The position numbers were made by a program, and so were the translations under genes. Positions 57,928 through 64,000 of a stretch of DNA of 64,000 nt are shown here, in pieces (positions within the stretch are counted from its first letter, which is position 1; every line of letters starts with the position of its first letter). The stretch lies in assembly GCA_964016885.1 (NCBI GenBank), contig OZ024756.1, positions 36,022,001 to 36,086,000 of the forward strand. Direction: 5' to 3'. The notes under the pieces were generated by a model, which ran no database searches, was not told where the DNA came from, and saw only the letters and a program-made list of their open reading frames with translations. The stretch is from Eledone cirrhosa (lineage: Eukaryota).

Positions 57928-58270
57928 GTGGTTAGAGCATTGGCCTTGCAATCGAAAGGTTGTGAGTTCAATTCTCAGACCGGGTGATGTGTTGTTTCCT
58001 TGAGCAAGACACTTTATTTCACATTGCTCCAGTTTACTCAGCTGTAGAAATGAGATGATAGGGACTGGGGTCCCTATCATTCCACTGCAAAGTGGTCGTG
58101 GAGGTGCCACGGCAAAAAAGCACCCAGCACTCGCTGTAAATGAGGTTGGTGTTAGGAAGGGCATCCAGCTGTAGAAATCAAGCCAGAATCAGTTCCCGTC
58201 CCACCCTTGCAAGCAGGGAAAAGCGGACGTAAAATGAAATGATGATGATGATGATGAAATGATGATGATG
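57928..58270 (+). mobile_element. Family-B SINE (near-identical to 39248-39590), 5'-truncated, inserted in stem II of the plus-strand hammerhead
   Basis: Sequence matches 39266-39590; the empty site can be read from the opposite palindrome arm. Confidence 0.9.
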
Positions 58271-58420
58271 ATATTTGTTTTTGAAATGCGCATAATAAAA
58301 TACATGGAACTCTTTTAACCATCTTTTGTTCTATTATGTATACTCCAGTCCTACAAACTGTAGAGTGCTTCTTATCCGATATCTGCATTGCTTTATTGTA
58401 CTACAATAAAACTCACCTCC

Positions 58421-58460
<40 letters not shown>

Positions 58461-58594
58461 CACATATATGTATGTGTTTATGTTTATATGTTTGTTTATA
58501 TATATATGTATACATATGTAGTAAGTGTTTATATATGTTTCTTACTGATGATGATAGGGTTTGGGGTTGATATGATAATCCCCTGCAACAGACT

Positions 58595-58945
58595 TCATTA
58601 AATATCTGTGATGTAATAATCCACACACCACCCCCACACTGTTAATATTCTACGTCATATCTCTCAGCAATGATGATATTATTGGGTGATATCGTAGATA
58701 CTTGTTATCACACTTCACTAAATATCTCTGATGTAATAACAATGATATTGGGTGATATCGTAGATACCTGTTATCACACTTCACTAAATATCTCTGGTGT
58801 AATAACAATGATATTATTGGGTGATATCGTAGATACCTGTTATCACACTTCACTAAATATCTCTGGTGTAATAACAATGATATTATTGGGTGATATCGTA
58901 GATACTTGTTATCACACTTCACTGAATATCTCTGGTGTAATAACG
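58595..58945. repeat. ~63-bp tandem repeat, about 5 units
   Basis: ATGATATTATTGGGTGATATCGTAGATACCTGTTATCACACTTCACTAAATATCTCTGGTGTAATAACA. Confidence 0.9.
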
Positions 58946-59069
58946 AACTTCAACTGTGTCACACCTGGCCGGCAGTCAATGTAGTGAGTGTCACCTTGGA
59001 AATCTTCTCTTACTACTGACACACTTCACTGAACACTTAATTTTACAACACTAAGTCACACCTGCAACT

Positions 59070-62000
59070 GATACACTTCACTCGACACCAACTTCACCAC
59101 AACACAGTCTCACCTACAACTGTCACACTTCACTAGACATCAACTTCACAACAACACAGTCTCACCTACAACTGTCACACTTCACTAGACACCAACTTCA
59201 CAACAACACAGTCTCACCTACAACTGTCACACTTCACTAAACATCAACTTCACAACAACACAGTCTCACCTACAACTGTCACACTTCACTAGACACCAAC
59301 TTCACAACACAGTCTCACCTACAACTGTCACACTTCACTAGACACCAACTTCACAACACAGTCTCACCTACAACTGTCACACTTCACTAGACACCAACTT
59401 CACAACACAGTCTCACCTACAACTGTCACACTTCACTCGACACCAACTTCACAACACAGTCTCACCTACAACTGTCACACTTCACTCGACACCAACTTCA
59501 CAACACAGTCTCACCTACAACTGTCACACTTCACTAGACACCAACTTCACAACAGTCTCACCTACAACTGTCTCACTTCACTCGACACCAACTTCACAAC
59601 ACAGTCTCACCTACAACTGTCACACTTCACTAGACATCAACTTCACAACACAGTCTCACCTACAACTGTCACACTTCACTAGACACCAACTTCACAACAC
59701 AGTCTCACCTACAACTGTCACACTTCACTAGACACCAACTTCACAACACAGTCTCACCTACAACTGTCACACTTCACTAGACACCAACTTCACAACACAG
59801 TCTCTCCTACAACTGTCACACATCACTAGACATCAACTTCACAACACAGTCTCTCCTACAACTGTCACACATCACTAGACATCAACTTCACAACAACACA
59901 GTCTCACCTACAACACTGTCACACTTCACTAGACACCAACTTCACAACACAGTCTCTCCTACAACTGTCACACTTCACTAGACATCAACTTCACAACAAC
60001 ACAGTCTCACCTACAACTGTCACACTTCACTAGACACCAACTTCACAACACAATCTCTCCTACAACTGTCACACATCACTAGACATCAACTTCACAACAA
60101 CACAGTCTCACCTACAACTGTCACACTTCACTAGACACCAACTTCACAACACAGTCTCACCTACAACTGTCACACATCACTAGACATCAACTTCACAACA
60201 CAGTCTCTCCTACAACTGTCACACATCACTAGACATCAACTTCACAACACAGTCTCTCCTACAACTGTCACACTTCACTAGACACCAACTTCACAACACA
60301 GTCTCACCTACAACTGTCACACTTCACTAGACACCAACTTCACAACACAGTCTCTCCTACAACTGTCACACATCACTAGACATCAACTTCACAACAGTCT
60401 CACCTACAACTGTCACACTTCACTAGACACCAACTTCACAACACAGTCTCTCCTACAACTGTCACACATCACTAGACATCAACTTCACAACACAGTCTCA
60501 CCTACAACTGTCACACATCACTAGACACCAACTTCACAACACAGTCTCACCTACAACTGTCACACATCACTAGACACCAACTTCACAACACAGTCTCACC
60601 TACAACTGTCACACTTCACTAGACACCAACTTCACAACAACACAGTCTCACCTACAACTGTCACACTTCACTAGACACCAACTTCACAACACAGTCTCAC
60701 CTACAACTGTCACACTTCACTAGACACCAACTTCACAACACAGTCTCTCCTACAACTGTCACACATCACTAGACATCAACTTCACAACACAGTCTCACCT
60801 ACAACTGTCACACATCACTAGACACCAACTTCACAACACAGTCTCACCTACAACTGTCACACTTCACTAGACACCAACTTCACAACAACACAGTCTCACC
60901 TACAACTGTCACACATCACTAGACATCAACTTCACAACACAGTCTCACCTACAACTGTCACACTTCACTAGACACCAACTTCACAACACAGTCTCACCTA
61001 CAACTGTCACACTTCACTAGACACCAACTTCACAACACAGTCTCTCCTACAACTGTCACACATCACTAGACATCAACTTCACAACACAGTCTCACCTACA
61101 ACTGTCACACATCACTAGACACCAACTTCACAACACAGTCTCACCTACAACTGTCACACATCACTAGACACCAACTTCACAACACAGTCTCACCTACAAC
61201 TGTCACACTTCACTAGACACCAACTTCACAACAACACAGTCTCACCTACAACTGTCACACTTCACTAGACACCAACTTCACAACAACACAGTCTCACCTA
61301 CAACTGTCACACTTCACTAGACACCAACTTCACAACAACACAGTCTCACCTACAACTGTCACACTTCACTAGACACCAACTTCACAACAACACAGTCTCA
61401 CCTACAACTGTCACACTTCACTAGACACCAACTTCACAACAACACAGTCTCACCTACAACTGTCACACTTCACTAGACACCAACTTCACAACAACACAGT
61501 CTCACCTACAACTGTCACACTTCACTAGACACCAACTTCACAACAAAACAGTCTCACCTACCACTGTCACACTTCACTAGACATCAACTTCACAACAACA
61601 CAGTCTCACCTACAACTGTCACACTTCACTGACACCAACTTCACAACACAGTCTCACCTACAACTGTCACACTTCACTAGACACCAACTTCACAACAACA
61701 CAGTCTCACCTACAACTGTCACACTTCACTAGACACCAACTTCACAACAACACAGTCTCACCTACAACTGTCACACTTCACTAGACACCAACTTCACAAC
61801 ACAGTCTCACCTACAACACTGTCACACTTCACTAGACACCAACTTCACAACACAGTCTCACCTACAACACTGTCACACTTCACTAGACACCAACTTCACA
61901 ACACAGTCTCACCTACAACACTGTCACACTTCACTAGACACCAACTTCACAACACAGTCTCACCTACAACACTGTCACACTTCACTAGACACCAACTTCA

Positions 62001-63310
62001 CAACACAGTCTCACCTACAACACTGTCACACTTCACTAGACACCAACTTCACAACACAGTCTCACCTACAACACTGTCACACTTCACTAGACACCAACTT
62101 CACAACACAGTCTCACCTACAACACTGTCACACTTCACTAGACACCAACTTCACAACACAGTCTCACCTACAACACTGTCACACTTCACTAGACACCAAC
62201 TTCACAACACAGTCTCACCTACAACACTGTCACACTTCACTAGACACCAACTTCACAACACAGTCTCACCTACAACACTGTCACACTTCACTAGACACCA
62301 ACTTCACAACACAGTCTCACCTACAACACTGTCACACTTCACTAGACACCAACTTCACAACACAGTCTCACCTACAACACTGTCACACTTCACTAGACAC
62401 CAACTTCACAACACAGTCTCACCTACAACACTGTCACACTTCACTAGACACCAACTTCACAACACAGTCTCACCTACAACACTGTCACACTTCACTAGAC
62501 ACCAACTTCACAACACAGTCTCACCTACAACACTGTCACACTTCACTAGACACCAACTTCACAACACAGTCTCACCTACAACACTGTCACACTTCACTAG
62601 ACACCAACTTCACAACACAGTCTCACCTACAACACTGTCACACTTCACTAGACACCAACTTCACAACACAGTCTCACCTACAACACTGTCACACTTCACT
62701 AGACACCAACTTCACAACACAGTCTCACCTACAACACTGTCACACTTCACTAGACACCAACTTCACAACACAGTCTCACCTACAACACTGTCACACTTCA
62801 CTAGACACCAACTTCACAACACAGTCTCACCTACAACACTGTCACACTTCACTAGACACCAACTTCACAACACAGTCTCACCTACAACACTGTCACACTT
62901 CACTAGACACCAACTTCACAACACAGTCTCACCTACAACACTGTCACACTTCACTAGACACCAACTTCACAACACAGTCTCACCTACAACACTGTCACAC
63001 TTCACTAGACACCAACTTCACAACACAGTCTCACCTACAACACTGTCACACTTCACTAGACACCAACTTCACAACACAGTCTCACCTACAACACTGTCAC
63101 ACTTCACTAGACACCAACTTCACAACACAGTCTCACCTACAACACTGTCACACTTCACTAGACACCAACTTCACAACACAGTCTCACCTACAACACTGTC
63201 ACACTTCACTAGACACCAACTTCACAACACAGTCTCACCTACAACACTGTCACACTTCACTAGACACCAACTTCACAACACAGTCTCACCTACAACACTG
63301 TCACACTTCA
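59070..63310. repeat. ~4.2-kb satellite of 49-52-bp units (ACAACACAGTCTCACCTACAAC(AC)TGTCACACTTCACTAGACACCAACTTC)
   Basis: Variable 49/52-bp units up to ~61790, then about 30 apparently identical 51-bp units. Confidence 0.95.
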
Positions 63311-64000
63311 CATTACCTCAGTTTTCATTCACTGGATGTTCATCATCATCAACATTATTACCATTGTCATCATCATCATCATCACACCTTCATCACCACC
63401 ATCAAAGACATCACAACAAACAGCTATATTTATACCATCATCATCATCACCACCATAGCCATCATCATCACCACTGTCACCGCCATCATCATCACCCCCC
63501 CCCCCCCCCAACCATCATCATCATCACCCCCCCCCCCCAACCATCATCATCATCACCACTGTCACAGCCATCATCACCGCCATCACCACCGTCATCATCA
63601 CCATCACCACCACAGCCATCATCATCATCATCACCATTGCCACCACCACCACCACCACCACCACCACCACTAACAACATCCTCACTGCTACTGCCACCAC
63701 CATCCTAAAGCTACAGCTCCTGTAACCCCCTAAAAATAGGTCAACCCTTCTATACCCCTGCATCCCTTCCAACCTTTCAATTAAGTTGTTTTTTGCTTTT
63801 GTGGAGGTCTTTGTTGTGGAATGATGTGAAAACACTAGAGGGGGGAGGGAGGGGGGGGGGTCTGTTAGTCACCCCCCCCTCACACACAGGGGCACATATA
63901 CACACAGGCACATACACACAGATGTACATAAACACACACACACACAGGCATTACATGCAGGTTTTTACACATACACAATCACTCTTAATGTACATATAAA

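Larger units (their letters stand above)
57699..58422 (+). mobile_element. Palindromic hammerhead-bearing element 4, right arm interrupted by a family-B SINE
   Basis: Arms 57699-57844 / 57861-58332 (minus the SINE), 16-nt spacer, one-sided tail to ~58422, (TA)n on both sides. Confidence 0.8.

Noticed and set aside
59070-63310. CRISPR-like array
   Set aside because: Contiguous tandem units with no spacers.

Overview
Eukaryotic, AT-rich, microsatellite-saturated intronic DNA. The SINE, LINE and microsatellite content suggests a cephalopod such as Octopus (inference from repeat style, not proven). Almost all ORFs in the supplied track are repeat artefacts. The real coding signal is a few small plus-strand exons of an ARHGAP32/33 (CdGAPr)-like RhoGAP gene: 31983-32065 splices in phase to 51882-51966 and gives ...RFPKLEECAHFHY..., and there are two candidate alternative first exons (4377-4463, 56506-56568). 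The introns hold many tRNA-derived SINEs, RTE/CR1/CRE/Penelope-like retroelement fragments, hAT, Tc1/mariner, piggyBac and Helitron non-autonomous elements, and several minisatellites. The most notable signal is a family of short non-coding elements sitting in (TA)n tracts (26897-27285, 30100-30540, 57699-58422, remnant at about 22830-22940). Each of the three complete elements is a long near-perfect palindrome that carries a minimal type-I hammerhead ribozyme on both strands. Their sequences have diverged, but the ribozyme fold and a 3' tail motif are conserved. They are probably Penelope-like pLTR derivatives, and a Penelope-like RT fragment lies at about 38103-38445.
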